Below are positions 1 through 9,323 of a stretch of 32,000 nucleotides of DNA, in pieces. Numbering within the stretch: position 1 is the first letter of the stretch; every line of letters begins with the position of its first letter. A program made the position numbers and the translations under genes. The notes beneath the pieces are model-generated. The model was not told where the DNA came from and did not search any database. It worked only from the letters and a program-made list of their open reading frames with translations. The DNA comes from Vibrio vulnificus CMCP6. GTDB taxonomy: Bacteria > Pseudomonadota > Gammaproteobacteria > Enterobacterales > Vibrionaceae. The stretch covers positions 1,260,001 to 1,292,000 of the forward strand of contig NC_004460.2 of assembly GCF_000039765.1 (NCBI RefSeq), given 5' to 3'.

Positions 1-675
1 ATCAAACTTCTGCTTCATGGGCCAAGCATCCAGTAAGTTAAGCTGACGAAAAGCGACATGTTGCTTGAGACATTCTTTCGCTTTGATGTTGCCTGCTTGT
101 GCCCCTTTGCCGCGCAAAAAATTGCCTTTGAGATAGCGCGTTGGAATACACTCCAGAGCGCTCTCTTCATAGATACCTTGCTGCGCACGTTGCAAAACGT
201 TGGTATCCAAATCCGTTGCCAGTAGTTGGCAATCCACCCCAGCCTGCCATAAACCACTTTGCTGAATGCTGGCCAGGTAGCTGTAAGGCTCCTCGCCAGT
301 GGAGCACCCGGCAGACCAAATTCTGACTTGCTTTTTGCGTTGATCGCGCCAATAAGGAAACAACTGGCTTTCGAGAAACTCTACGTGGTGGATCTCGCGG
401 AAAAAATGCGTTTTGTTGGTGGTGAGCGCATTGATAAACGCCATGCGATCGTCTTGATTATTCTCAATGCACTCACGATAGTCGGCAAAACGCTTTAACC
501 CTTTTTCCCGCAGCTTGCGACTCAAGCGGCCATAGACCATGGCCCGCTTGTGGTCAGACAAAAAGATCCCAACGTGTTTGTGAATAAACCACTGCACGTA
601 TTTGAAATCTTGATCGGTCAGCTCAAACTCTTGCGCAGGTTCAAGCGTGACTTCACTGCTTAGAACTCTTCCCAT
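1..675 (-). CDS. cheR: Chemotaxis protein methyltransferase CheR (partial; 3' end runs off the left edge of the window)
   Basis: It is absent from the ORF track because it is truncated. My minus-strand translation from the ATG at 673-675 reads [38 protein letters not shown]...[21 protein letters not shown].... This contains the CheR AdoMet-binding [14 protein letters not shown] motif. The gene overlaps the upstream receptor gene by 16 nt. Confidence 0.85.
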   Translation of the reverse strand, partial: MGRVLSSEVTLEPAQEFELTDQDFKYVQWFIHKHVGIFLSDHKRAMVYGRLSRKLREKGLKRFADYRECIENNQDDRMAFINALTTNKTHFFREIHHVEFLESQLFPYWRDQRKKQVRIWSAGCSTGEEPYSYLASIQQSGLWQAGVDCQLLATDLDTNVLQRAQQGIYEESALECIPTRYLKGNFLRGKGAQAGNIKAKECLKQHVAFRQLNLLDAWPMKQKFD

Positions 676-3083
676 TCGTCGCTTTCCTCCGTTCTAAAAC
701 CGGAATTGGCTACTTTTGGCTTTTTCATTTCACTTATATTGCCGCGTGTGGGCATCGCAGTCACTTTCGCGGCCGATGGCGCGGCACTGGGTGAAGTCTC
801 TAACGTGGTAATGCTGCTGTCGGTGCTAAAGAAGCTCATGAGATTGAGCAGCTCTTTGCCTTCCGCTTTGAGCGATTGGCTTGCCGCAGAGGTCTCTTCC
901 ACCAGTGAGGCGTTTTGCTGCGTCATCTCATCCATGGTCGCGACCGCACGGTTAATTTCATCAATACCTGTCGACTGTTCGATGCTCGACTGGGCAATTT
1001 GACTGATGAGGCCCGTGACTTTTTCTACCGCAGCGACGATGTCGTTGAGCGTTGCCCCCGATTCATCCACCAAGCGCGATCCTTCGTCCACTTTCTCGAC
1101 GCTGTCTTTGATCAGCCCTTTGATCTCTTTTGCTGCCGCAGCACTGCGCTGTGCCAGATTGCGCACTTCACCTGCAACCACGGCAAAACCGCGCCCTTGC
1201 TCGCCCGCACGCGCCGCTTCCACCGCGGCATTGAGCGCCAATAGATTGGTTTGGAAGGCGATTTCATCAATCACGCCAATGATGTCGGAAATCTTCTTAC
1301 TGGCAGTGTTGATTTCAGCCATTGCCGCCACCGCTTGGCCCACCACATCGCCGCCTTTGCGCGCTTTTTTCGCGGCATCTTCAGAGAGCTCATTGGCACC
1401 TTTGGCGTTGTCGGCGTTTTGTCGCACCGTTGCGGTCATCTGCTCCATACTGGCTGCGGTTTCTTCTAAGTTTGACGCTTGCGCTTCTACACGTTGGCTA
1501 AGGTCATTATTGCCATCGGCAATTTCTGTTGAGGCGGTGGCAACGCGCGCCGAAGAGACGGTAATTTTGTCGACCATGTTACGAATATTGAGAATCGAGG
1601 TGTTGACCGCTTCGGCCAAACGACCAAACTCGCCTTGGTGGGTGTCGCTCATCTTCGTTTTCAAATCGCCGTTGGCCACTTTACTCATCACTTGAATGCA
1701 CTGATCAAGCGGTTCGACCAATGTATCGAGCAGGCTATTAATGCCGTCTCCCAACTCTTTCATAAAGCCGCTGTAAACCGAGGTATCAATGCGCTCTTTG
1801 AGCTGCCCCGCAATCGCTTTTTGAATCAAGCTTTCCACTTGACGCTGACCATCTCGTTGCTCAGTGATGTCAATCCATTGCAGCGCAGGCCCCATGTAGT
1901 TGCCGCTGCCATCTCGCATCGCAATACAAGTGAGATTGAACTCGAGCGAGCCGACTTTGATATCAGAGCTAAATGGCAAGCGATCCGGATTCGAGATGAT
2001 CGCCTGTTGGTGAGCGGGATTTTTATGGAACACATCAATGCTTTTGCCGACCAAATTACGAGAATCAAACCCCGGTAAGGATTTCTGCAGTTCCGACTCT
2101 CGGCTGCGCAGTAAGTTTTCCAACGCAGGATTGAGGTAGCGAATGATGCCGTTTTTATCGGCCATCATCAGGTTGGTGGTCATCCCTGCAACGGCGGAGG
2201 CAAGTCGCCCAACTTCTTCTTCGTTGATGCGCTGCTCCGTCACATCGCGCCATTCCAAACTGTTGCCTATGTATTCGCCTTTGGCGTTTTTCACCGCCGC
2301 AACGTTGAGCTCAATGCGAATGTCGCCCACCGCAATGTCGGTGCGATAAGGGAGGTTATTTGGGTCGCTCAGCAGTTTGCGTTGATGAGCAGGATTACGG
2401 TGGAACTCGTCAATACAGCGCCCCATTAACCACTCTTTGCTGGCGGTAAAACCAGACCAAACGCCCCGAAAGGCCGTTTCATGGCGGCGGAACAAGGTGA
2501 GGGTTTCTTCATTGAGATAAGTGATGAGGAAATCGCGATCGATCATCACCATCGCCGTTTGTGCTTGATCTATCGCCGCCTGCAAGCGGGCGATGCTGTC
2601 TTCTTTGCGGCGCTCTTCCGTGACGTCTTGCCATTCTAAGGTGTTGCCAACGTAGTTTCCCGCCGCGTCCAACATCGCTCCCACATTCAACTCTAAGCGT
2701 ACGTCATCAATGGCAATCACCGTGCTGTAAGGTAAGTTCGCAGGGGTAGAAAGCAGTTGCCTTTGATGCGCGGGGTTGCGGTGAAACATGTCGATGCATG
2801 CGCCCATCAAAAACTCTTTATTGGCGCTAAAACTTGGCCAGAACTTACGAAATAACCCTTCATGCTGCTTAAATAAGGTCATCGATTGTTCGTTGATGTA
2901 GGTGATTTTGAAATCTCGATCCACCATCATCAATGCGGTTTTCGCTGTGTTCAGCGCCGAGAGTAACTGCTCTTTACTCAACTCTTCTTGCTCTTCAACC
3001 TCGTTTAACAACGTATCTCTAGGGTGAGATGTTTGCGGACGAAAGCTGTTGTGCGTTTCCTTGTTACGATTCCAAAATGCCAT
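660..3083 (-). CDS. Soluble (no TM segment) methyl-accepting chemotaxis protein with three tandem PAS repeats, a HAMP-like linker, an MCP signalling domain and a C-terminal EWEEF pentapeptide; Aer2/McpB-like
   Basis: The ORF track gives 660..3095 with a GTG start. The ATG at 3083 (MAFWNRNKE...) has a GAGG Shine-Dalgarno 6 nt upstream and is the more likely start. Three repeats each carry FH(R/K)NPAHQ and (E/Q)W.D(V/I)TE. The signalling-domain core is [41 protein letters not shown]. No hydrophobic segments are present. Confidence 0.9.
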   Translation of the reverse strand: MAFWNRNKETHNSFRPQTSHPRDTLLNEVEEQEELSKEQLLSALNTAKTALMMVDRDFKITYINEQSMTLFKQHEGLFRKFWPSFSANKEFLMGACIDMFHRNPAHQRQLLSTPANLPYSTVIAIDDVRLELNVGAMLDAAGNYVGNTLEWQDVTEERRKEDSIARLQAAIDQAQTAMVMIDRDFLITYLNEETLTLFRRHETAFRGVWSGFTASKEWLMGRCIDEFHRNPAHQRKLLSDPNNLPYRTDIAVGDIRIELNVAAVKNAKGEYIGNSLEWRDVTEQRINEEEVGRLASAVAGMTTNLMMADKNGIIRYLNPALENLLRSRESELQKSLPGFDSRNLVGKSIDVFHKNPAHQQAIISNPDRLPFSSDIKVGSLEFNLTCIAMRDGSGNYMGPALQWIDITEQRDGQRQVESLIQKAIAGQLKERIDTSVYSGFMKELGDGINSLLDTLVEPLDQCIQVMSKVANGDLKTKMSDTHQGEFGRLAEAVNTSILNIRNMVDKITVSSARVATASTEIADGNNDLSQRVEAQASNLEETAASMEQMTATVRQNADNAKGANELSEDAAKKARKGGDVVGQAVAAMAEINTASKKISDIIGVIDEIAFQTNLLALNAAVEAARAGEQGRGFAVVAGEVRNLAQRSAAAAKEIKGLIKDSVEKVDEGSRLVDESGATLNDIVAAVEKVTGLISQIAQSSIEQSTGIDEINRAVATMDEMTQQNASLVEETSAASQSLKAEGKELLNLMSFFSTDSSITTLETSPSAAPSAAKVTAMPTRGNISEMKKPKVANSGFRTEESDEWEEF

Positions 3084-3091
3084 ACCTGACC

Positions 3092-3553
3092 TCACATTAG
3101 CGCTTCTTCTATTGTCGTTCTGGTCAGCTCAGCCACATCAAATAGAGCTTCCAGATTAATAATGATCAAATGGCCATTGCTGGTTGCAGCGAGCCCTTTG
3201 ATATAACGTTGTTCCATTTTCATGGTTTGCGGTGGCGGTTTGATTTCCCCTTCGTCTAGGGCATACACCTCCGCCACCGCGTCAACAATGATCCCCAGCG
3301 GGTTGTGTTGCACATCATTGAGCACCACCACCACGGTGGTATTGCTGATGTGTGACGGAGGAAGATGAAAGCGCACACGCAGATCCGCAACTGGCACATA
3401 TTCCCCTCGAATTTCCAACACGCCGACTAAATAGGCAGGCGCATTGGGCACTTTTCGTACGTCGCTCCAGCCTCGCACTTCTCGAACATCAAGAATGGGC
3501 ACGCCGTATTCATCGTCATCCACCACAAAACTCAGATACTCTTGCAGCTCCAT
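3092..3553 (-). CDS. cheW: Chemotaxis coupling protein CheW
   Basis: CheW-like sequence ([21 protein letters not shown]..., [15 protein letters not shown]). The track start GTG 3559 has no usable RBS spacing. The ATG at 3553 has AGGAGG 7 nt upstream and overlaps the upstream stop as TAATG. The 3' end overlaps the receptor gene. Confidence 0.88.
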   Translation of the reverse strand: MELQEYLSFVVDDDEYGVPILDVREVRGWSDVRKVPNAPAYLVGVLEIRGEYVPVADLRVRFHLPPSHISNTTVVVVLNDVQHNPLGIIVDAVAEVYALDEGEIKPPPQTMKMEQRYIKGLAATSNGHLIIINLEALFDVAELTRTTIEEALM

Positions 3554-4059
3554 TAGCACGCCTCCTGAAATGATTCGATATCCATCAGCTCGGCGGTATC
3601 GAGTAAAGTCATCACCTCATCACCGACATTCACCAACCCAAGCATGAATGCAGAGACGGGGGTATCACCGATCGAGGTATAAAAATCATGAGATTTGAGA
3701 CTGACGACATCCGAGACCGCATCCACCACAATCCCCATTAACCGCTCGTGATCTGGCGCTTGATGGCGCAGCACAATCACAACAGTTGTGGGTAGGTAGT
3801 GACACTCCCCCACGCAAAAGCGTTGACGTAAATCCATCACAGGCACAATCATGCCACGCAAATTGATCACCCCTTTGACGAACACCGGAGAACGGGGGAT
3901 TGGTGTCGGTCGCTCCCAAACACGAATCTCCTCTACATCACCAATAACAATGCCATAGAGCTCATTGGCCAGCGTAAAACTGAGGTATTCGACTTTGTCT
4001 GCCGAGCTTTGTTCATCCATCGTTTGTGACTCAAGGACTAAGGTTTGCTCTGATTCCAT
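3553..4059 (-). CDS. cheW: Chemotaxis coupling protein CheW (second paralog)
   Basis: CheW-like sequence (YLSFTLANELYGIVIGDVEEIR..., VINLRGMIVPVMDLRQRF). It lies directly downstream of cheA. Confidence 0.88.
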   Translation of the reverse strand: MESEQTLVLESQTMDEQSSADKVEYLSFTLANELYGIVIGDVEEIRVWERPTPIPRSPVFVKGVINLRGMIVPVMDLRQRFCVGECHYLPTTVVIVLRHQAPDHERLMGIVVDAVSDVVSLKSHDFYTSIGDTPVSAFMLGLVNVGDEVMTLLDTAELMDIESFQEAC

Positions 4060-4068
4060 GTTTGCCCC

Positions 4069-6183
4069 CTACGCGGCGATGCCGGAATTGCCGCTTTCTG
4101 CACGGCGTTTGAGGAAGTTGGTGATGAGCCCCTGCACATCCAAAATCAGTGACACTGAACCGTCCCCCAAAATGGTCGCCCCGGAAATGCCGGACACTTT
4201 TTGGTAGTTGGACTCTAAGCTCTTGATCACCACTTGCTGTTGGTCGAGCAGCTCGTCAATCAATAAACCGACACGCGTGCCAGCCGCTTCAACCACGCAG
4301 AGAATTTTGCTGCGAAACTCACGGCTGTGACCCATGGCAAACTCTTGCTGCAAACGCAAGATAGGAATGTTTTCTTCTCGCAGACGGTAAAGCTCTACCC
4401 CACCGGCGGCGTGTTTGATGTGGCGAGGGTCAATTTGAATGGATTCGATGATGGTGAGCAGTGGGATCACATACACCTCTCCGGCGACTTTGACGAGCTG
4501 ACCATCCAGTATCGCCAGCGTGAGTGGCAAGCTAATGGTAAAGGTGCTGCCTTGCCCTTGTTGGGAATCGACCTCAATGTGGCCGCCGAGTTCTTCAATA
4601 TTGCGCTTCACCACATCCATGCCGACGCCGCGGCCAGAGATGTCAGAAACCTGATCGGCAGTGGAGAAGCCAGGGGCAAATATCAGATTGACGATCTGTT
4701 TGTCTGACATTTCCTCGCGACGAGAATCCGCAGGCAGTACTTTTTTCTCAATGGCTTTTTGCCAAATACGGTCGCAATGGATGCCAGCGCCGTCGTCCTT
4801 CACTTCGATGATGATCGAGCCGCCCTGATGGAACGCATTTAACGTGAGAGTGCCAAATGATGCCTTCCCTTGTTGTTGGCGCACATCCGGCATTTCAATC
4901 CCGTGGTCGATGCCGTTTCTCACCAGATGCACGAGCGGATCCACAATGCGCTCCAGCACGGTTTTATCGAGTTCAGTGTGTTCTCCATGGATTTGCAGAT
5001 CCACTTCTTTGCCTAAGCGGCCACACAAATCACGCACCAAACGGGGGAAGCGGCTAAAGGCAAAACTCATCGGTAACATGCGAATGTTCAGCACATGCTC
5101 CTGTAAGTCTTTGCTGTTTTGCAGCAGTTGATCCAGACCCGCTTTGAGTTTCTCGAGTTTGTCGATGGAGAAATCATTGCCGATCTCAGCCAGCATGGAT
5201 TGAGTGATCACCAACTCACCCACCAAGTTAATTAAGTTATCGACTTTGTCGATGTCGACTCGAATGGAGGTCACTGCCGAGTCATTTTTGTTGCTGCGCG
5301 TGGCAGGTTTGGCCGTGGGCGTCGCTTGAGCGCTCTCACTGACCACTTCCACAGGGGCAATTATTGTCGGTTTTTCCTCTGTTCCCGCCGCCTCTGCGGT
5401 TTGCGCAGGCGGCGCGAGTGAAGCGATGTCCAGATCGCATTCGTCTTCTACCCATTCGAAAATTTCTTCGATCTGCGCTTTGTCGACCGAGCTCGACAAC
5501 GTAATCGTCCAGTGGGTGTAGCAAAGTTCAGGATCGAGCGCTTGGATGTCGGGTAACTGACTCGCATCACAGCGCAGTTGCGCCTGCTCATCGAGCTCTT
5601 TTAACTCACGCAAAATACGTAGGGGATCGTTACCGCTATAAAAAATCGTCGGATGAGGACGAAAGACCACTTGCCACACGCCAGCATCATCTGCCGGTGC
5701 GTTTTCTTCTTCGCTAAGTGGCGGCGCTGCGGACTCGCTAGTGGATACCAAATCATTGGGTTCATTGGATGAAGATGCCACGCTTTCGCCATCGTCACTC
5801 TCTAGCAACTGGGCAAGTTCATCACTGACGTGTTGTAAACGGCCCGTTTCCACGGGTTCACCCGCTTCATGGCCTTCCAGCAATAAACGAATGCCATCGC
5901 AGCTTCTCAGTAACACATCGACGCTCTCTCGGCTCATCACTAACTCGCCGTTGCGCACTTTGTCGAGGTAAGCTTCGACCGTATGGGTAAATTCGCTGAT
6001 ATCCAGCAGGTTGAAGGTTGCCGCACCGCCTTTAATAGAATGCGCTGCGCGAAAAATCGTATCAATGAGATCTTTTTCAACCTGAGTGGGGTCGAGATTG
6101 AGGAGGATATCTTCCAAAACCTCCAAATTTTCTCGGCACTCTTCGTAGAACATTCTACGCAGTTGTTCCATATCCAAAGCCAT
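4069..6183 (-). CDS. cheA: Chemotaxis histidine kinase CheA
   Basis: Hpt domain with phospho-His box (FRAAHSIKGGAATF), followed by dimerisation and HATPase regions (DPLVHLVRNGIDHGIE, DDGAGI, GRGVGMDVV). There is a C-terminal CheW-like domain. Confidence 0.95.
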   Translation of the reverse strand: MALDMEQLRRMFYEECRENLEVLEDILLNLDPTQVEKDLIDTIFRAAHSIKGGAATFNLLDISEFTHTVEAYLDKVRNGELVMSRESVDVLLRSCDGIRLLLEGHEAGEPVETGRLQHVSDELAQLLESDDGESVASSSNEPNDLVSTSESAAPPLSEEENAPADDAGVWQVVFRPHPTIFYSGNDPLRILRELKELDEQAQLRCDASQLPDIQALDPELCYTHWTITLSSSVDKAQIEEIFEWVEDECDLDIASLAPPAQTAEAAGTEEKPTIIAPVEVVSESAQATPTAKPATRSNKNDSAVTSIRVDIDKVDNLINLVGELVITQSMLAEIGNDFSIDKLEKLKAGLDQLLQNSKDLQEHVLNIRMLPMSFAFSRFPRLVRDLCGRLGKEVDLQIHGEHTELDKTVLERIVDPLVHLVRNGIDHGIEMPDVRQQQGKASFGTLTLNAFHQGGSIIIEVKDDGAGIHCDRIWQKAIEKKVLPADSRREEMSDKQIVNLIFAPGFSTADQVSDISGRGVGMDVVKRNIEELGGHIEVDSQQGQGSTFTISLPLTLAILDGQLVKVAGEVYVIPLLTIIESIQIDPRHIKHAAGGVELYRLREENIPILRLQQEFAMGHSREFRSKILCVVEAAGTRVGLLIDELLDQQQVVIKSLESNYQKVSGISGATILGDGSVSLILDVQGLITNFLKRRAESGNSGIAA

Positions 6184-6217
6184 CTGACGCTCCTTAGTCC
6201 GACATTGCTGTGCGTGG

Positions 6218-6577
6218 TTAAAGCACGCGTTTTAGTGTTTTGAGCAACGTATCGGGATTAAAAGGCTTCACTAACCAACCTGTCGCCCCTGCGGATTTGC
6301 CTTCCATCTTTTTTTCCGGGCTGGTTTCGGTGGTTAACATCAGAATGGGAATAAATTTGTATTGCGGTATCGCCCGCATGGCGCGTACTAATTCAAAGCC
6401 GCCCATGTTGGGCATGTTAACGTCGGAAATCACCACATCAAACTTGGTGGTTTTGGATTTCTGTAATGCGTCACTGCCATCATTGGCGGTTTCAACATCG
6501 TATCCAGCATCTTTTAATGTGTGACTGACCATTTGACGAATAGAGACAGAATCGTCCACTGCGAGAATCTTAACCAT
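6218..6577 (-). CDS. cheY: Chemotaxis response regulator CheY
   Basis: 119-aa single REC domain (ILAVDDSVSIRQM, DVVISDVNMPNMGG, LVKPF). It sits immediately upstream of cheA. Confidence 0.92.
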   Translation of the reverse strand: MVKILAVDDSVSIRQMVSHTLKDAGYDVETANDGSDALQKSKTTKFDVVISDVNMPNMGGFELVRAMRAIPQYKFIPILMLTTETSPEKKMEGKSAGATGWLVKPFNPDTLLKTLKRVL

Positions 6578-6608
6578 CTCAGCCCCCTAGATTTCAAACT
6601 GACACCAA

Positions 6609-6863
6609 TTAATTAAGCTCATAACCCAGCAGTTCGATGCCTTCGGCAAGAACATCGGAGAACGCTGTGAGCTCGAGTGTTGAACCTGTTTGTTTGACGC
6701 TACGGATAAAGGAAACCAGCGCTTGGATACCGGAGGCATCCACTTTTCTCACTTCGCTTCCTATCAACTGAAGAGGTTGGTCTGATTCAAGCCATTGCAA
6801 ATATTGAGAGCGGCATTCTTGTACCGAAGAAATATCCAAACACTCAGCCAGCCAACATTCCAT
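6609..6863 (-). CDS. Small STAS-domain (anti-sigma-antagonist-like) protein, first gene of the che operon
   Basis: 84 aa with a STAS-like pattern (LQLIGSEVRKVDASGIQALVSFIRSVKQTGSTLELTAFSDVL). AAGGA RBS lies 7 nt upstream of the ATG. Confidence 0.6.
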   Translation of the reverse strand: MECWLAECLDISSVQECRSQYLQWLESDQPLQLIGSEVRKVDASGIQALVSFIRSVKQTGSTLELTAFSDVLAEGIELLGYELN

Positions 6864-7068
6864 GGATTTATCCTTATTGTCTTTCTTATAAACACAGGTG
6901 CATATTTTCAGTCTAGAAAGGATTTATTAATACGCAAATTCAGTAAGGATTCTTTTTTCAACTTGCTTTAAGCAAAGGGGCAAGAAATTCGCTTTTCTTT
7001 CGAAAAAACAAAATGCTAGATAGACAGAAATGATGATAGATGAAATCTCTGGTGGCTTCGTGTGCGGA

Positions 7069-7081
7069 TTTACAGTGTAAA
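7069..7081. promoter_or_regulatory. parS2 centromere site (ParB2 binding palindrome)
   Basis: TTTACAGTGTAAA, a perfect palindrome matching the chromosome-2 parS2 consensus NTTTACANTGTAAAN. Intergenic. Confidence 0.85.
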
Positions 7082-7167
7082 TGTACTTGAGTCACTGTGG
7101 GTTGTTACTTAGACGTAACAAGGAAGTGGCTTTTCAACGTGTCGACATGAGAACGATGAAAAGCCAG

Positions 7168-7180
7168 TTTACAGTGTAAA
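7168..7180. promoter_or_regulatory. parS2 centromere site
   Basis: TTTACAGTGTAAA, an exact second copy 99 bp from the first. Confidence 0.85.
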
Positions 7181-7197
7181 TTTGTTGAGCGAGACCA

Positions 7198-9231
7198 TTA
7201 ATGCTCGTGACACAGGGCAGCAACGTGCTGGCGTAAAAGCAGCTCGACTTGTTTACGCCCTGGTAATCCCGCCATTTGTGCGCACTCAGACCAAGTATGA
7301 TTTTGCAGCACTTTGCGAATCAACAGTTGGTCCACTTGGCTGGCTTCCAACATCAACACCCAGCGTTTTAACCAAGGCAGCACACTTTCAAAACTGTTGC
7401 CGCCCAACGCATAGTGTCGAATCAACGAAAGAGCCTCTGGAGGCAATGCACTCGCTCCTAACGCTGGCAGCAGTGCGCGAACCACCTCAGGTTCGAGATC
7501 ATTCAATGCCGAACTCAGCCATTCCGGCAAAGTCTGCTCAAACATGCATTCGGCTTTTTCGACCCAATGTTCAGCACGGGATGTCAGCGGTTTGACCATC
7601 ATCACCGCGTGACAACCGCTAGCGGCATCTCGACTAAAGCCGACACGCACAGGGCGATATTGGCTATGCAGCCAAAACCGCACTAGGGACTCTGTTGCGC
7701 CAAAACTGGTGGAAAGAAAATCGACTTGCGGATCTAATTGCTGTTCAAGTTGCGCCAACATAGCCTGCCCTACCCCGAGCGATTGATACTGTGGATGAAC
7801 GGCAATACGCATGACTCGAAGCGAGCGTTGCTGCGCAGCGGCTTTTAATCCCAGATGGTTAGCCAGTGAGATCGCGATTAAATGACCTGAAGGACGACGC
7901 TGCCCCAACTGCACTTGCGTAATCAAAGCGCTTTCTAGCCCCCCTTCCTCAACGGTGAGTAAGCAGCCCAGTACGTCACTGTTGCACTCTGCCAGCCAAA
8001 GTTGACAGCTGGGATCGGACAGTAACTGCATCAAGTCGTTTGGTGAAGTTTGATAATGGGCGTTGACCAGCAACGCAAAACAGGCACGCAAACGTGCTGG
8101 CTGCGCCAACAGTTCGCTTTTGTCCACCAAACGTAAAGCAAGGTTTTCCAGCACCACATTCTCTGGGGTCGGCAGTTCGGCATTAAGTAAAAAGGTGTCG
8201 TTGAGCCACAACTCAAGAGGGTCGTCTGGCAACCAACGAATTGGCGTATTGAGATGAAGATGTTTCATGCCAGGTCGCTGGCTCTGCAACCAAGGTAAAA
8301 ACTTGGCCGTAAACCCTCGGCCACATCCTTCGTAGCCATGAATGGTCGATGACAACACTAAACGGTGATAGTGTTCCACCATCCGTTTTAGCAACGGCAA
8401 TGGAATGGCTGCCGCTTCATCAATCAACAAGAGATCGCATTTCGGTAAGCGCTGTAGCAAATCATCGGGGGCGACGAATTCCAGAACTGCATTCTCACTC
8501 TCTAGCTTGCTTTTGCTCTGTTGCCACACCACGCCATCTAATTGGCTCTGTGCATGGTGGAAAACGGGTTCAACTGCAGCGGAAGTGGGCGCGGTGAGCA
8601 AAATACGCATTTTGCGTGTTTTCATCAGTTGGCCACTGGCAATGCCAAGTGCACTGCTTTTGCCTCGGCCTCGGTCAGCGGTTAACAACAATGGGCGCTT
8701 ACGATGGCCCGTCACAACATGATGAACATGCTCAACAGCTTGTTGCTGCTGCGCAAAACGCGCTGTTGCGTTTGTGGGTAATGGCGGCAAAACGGGCTGA
8801 TGAGTGATGCCATCGCAGCCCATTTGAATCAACTGTTCAAACTGGCCAGTGAGCCACTGATCCCACGGCGTATTGGCCGCCTGCTCAGAGACCAGCAACA
8901 GCAGCATACCACCACCACATAGTGCTCCGCAGGCTGCACTAAAGCTGTTCGCGTCAAACTGCTTACGACAATCGACCACCAACAACTGGCACTCTTGCCC
9001 CAGCAGACGTTGACCTTGCTTCACTGACACACATTGGGTTACGTCATCGGCACTGGCGATGCCCTCCCCCATGACGAAGATTGAGCGAGGTGATTGCTCA
9101 GATAGCAAACCTTGCACCAGCGCGGTTTGCCAGTTGCCAGGCCCTTTAAGCACCACCCCAACTCGCCAGCCTGTTTGCTCAGCGTGCTGCTGAATATGGA
9201 TCAAAGATTCAATTTGCGCGTTCATCTTCAC
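7198..9231 (-). CDS. tmcA: tRNA(Met) cytidine acetyltransferase TmcA
   Basis: 677 aa. Helicase-type P-loop (LLTADRGRGKSSALG) followed by a GNAT acetyltransferase region (RIAVHPQYQSLGVGQAML). Size and architecture resemble E. coli TmcA/YpfI. The start is either GTG 9231 or ATG 9225. Confidence 0.85.
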   Translation of the reverse strand: MKMNAQIESLIHIQQHAEQTGWRVGVVLKGPGNWQTALVQGLLSEQSPRSIFVMGEGIASADDVTQCVSVKQGQRLLGQECQLLVVDCRKQFDANSFSAACGALCGGGMLLLLVSEQAANTPWDQWLTGQFEQLIQMGCDGITHQPVLPPLPTNATARFAQQQQAVEHVHHVVTGHRKRPLLLTADRGRGKSSALGIASGQLMKTRKMRILLTAPTSAAVEPVFHHAQSQLDGVVWQQSKSKLESENAVLEFVAPDDLLQRLPKCDLLLIDEAAAIPLPLLKRMVEHYHRLVLSSTIHGYEGCGRGFTAKFLPWLQSQRPGMKHLHLNTPIRWLPDDPLELWLNDTFLLNAELPTPENVVLENLALRLVDKSELLAQPARLRACFALLVNAHYQTSPNDLMQLLSDPSCQLWLAECNSDVLGCLLTVEEGGLESALITQVQLGQRRPSGHLIAISLANHLGLKAAAQQRSLRVMRIAVHPQYQSLGVGQAMLAQLEQQLDPQVDFLSTSFGATESLVRFWLHSQYRPVRVGFSRDAASGCHAVMMVKPLTSRAEHWVEKAECMFEQTLPEWLSSALNDLEPEVVRALLPALGASALPPEALSLIRHYALGGNSFESVLPWLKRWVLMLEASQVDQLLIRKVLQNHTWSECAQMAGLPGRKQVELLLRQHVAALCHEH

Positions 9232-9270
9232 TACCGAAAACCAAAGTCGCGTTATGGTAGCACAAGATCA

Positions 9271-9295
9271 AAAAAAGCCGCATTCGCGGCTTTTT
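9271..9295. terminator. Bidirectional rho-independent terminator downstream of parB2
   Basis: AAAAAA-GCCGC-ATTC-GCGGC-TTTTT. The hairpin is flanked by an A-run and a T-run. Confidence 0.7.
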
Positions 9296-9323
9296 CATCT
9301 TACTTTCTAACGTACTAAAGGCG

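Noticed and set aside
706-2349. Long plus-strand ORFs (98, 109, 229, 72, 147 and 68 aa) antisense to the receptor gene
   Set aside because: They lie entirely inside a well-supported MCP gene on the opposite strand. Their Ala/Ser/Leu-rich low-complexity products are the typical mirror-frame artefact of MCP coiled-coil coding sequence.
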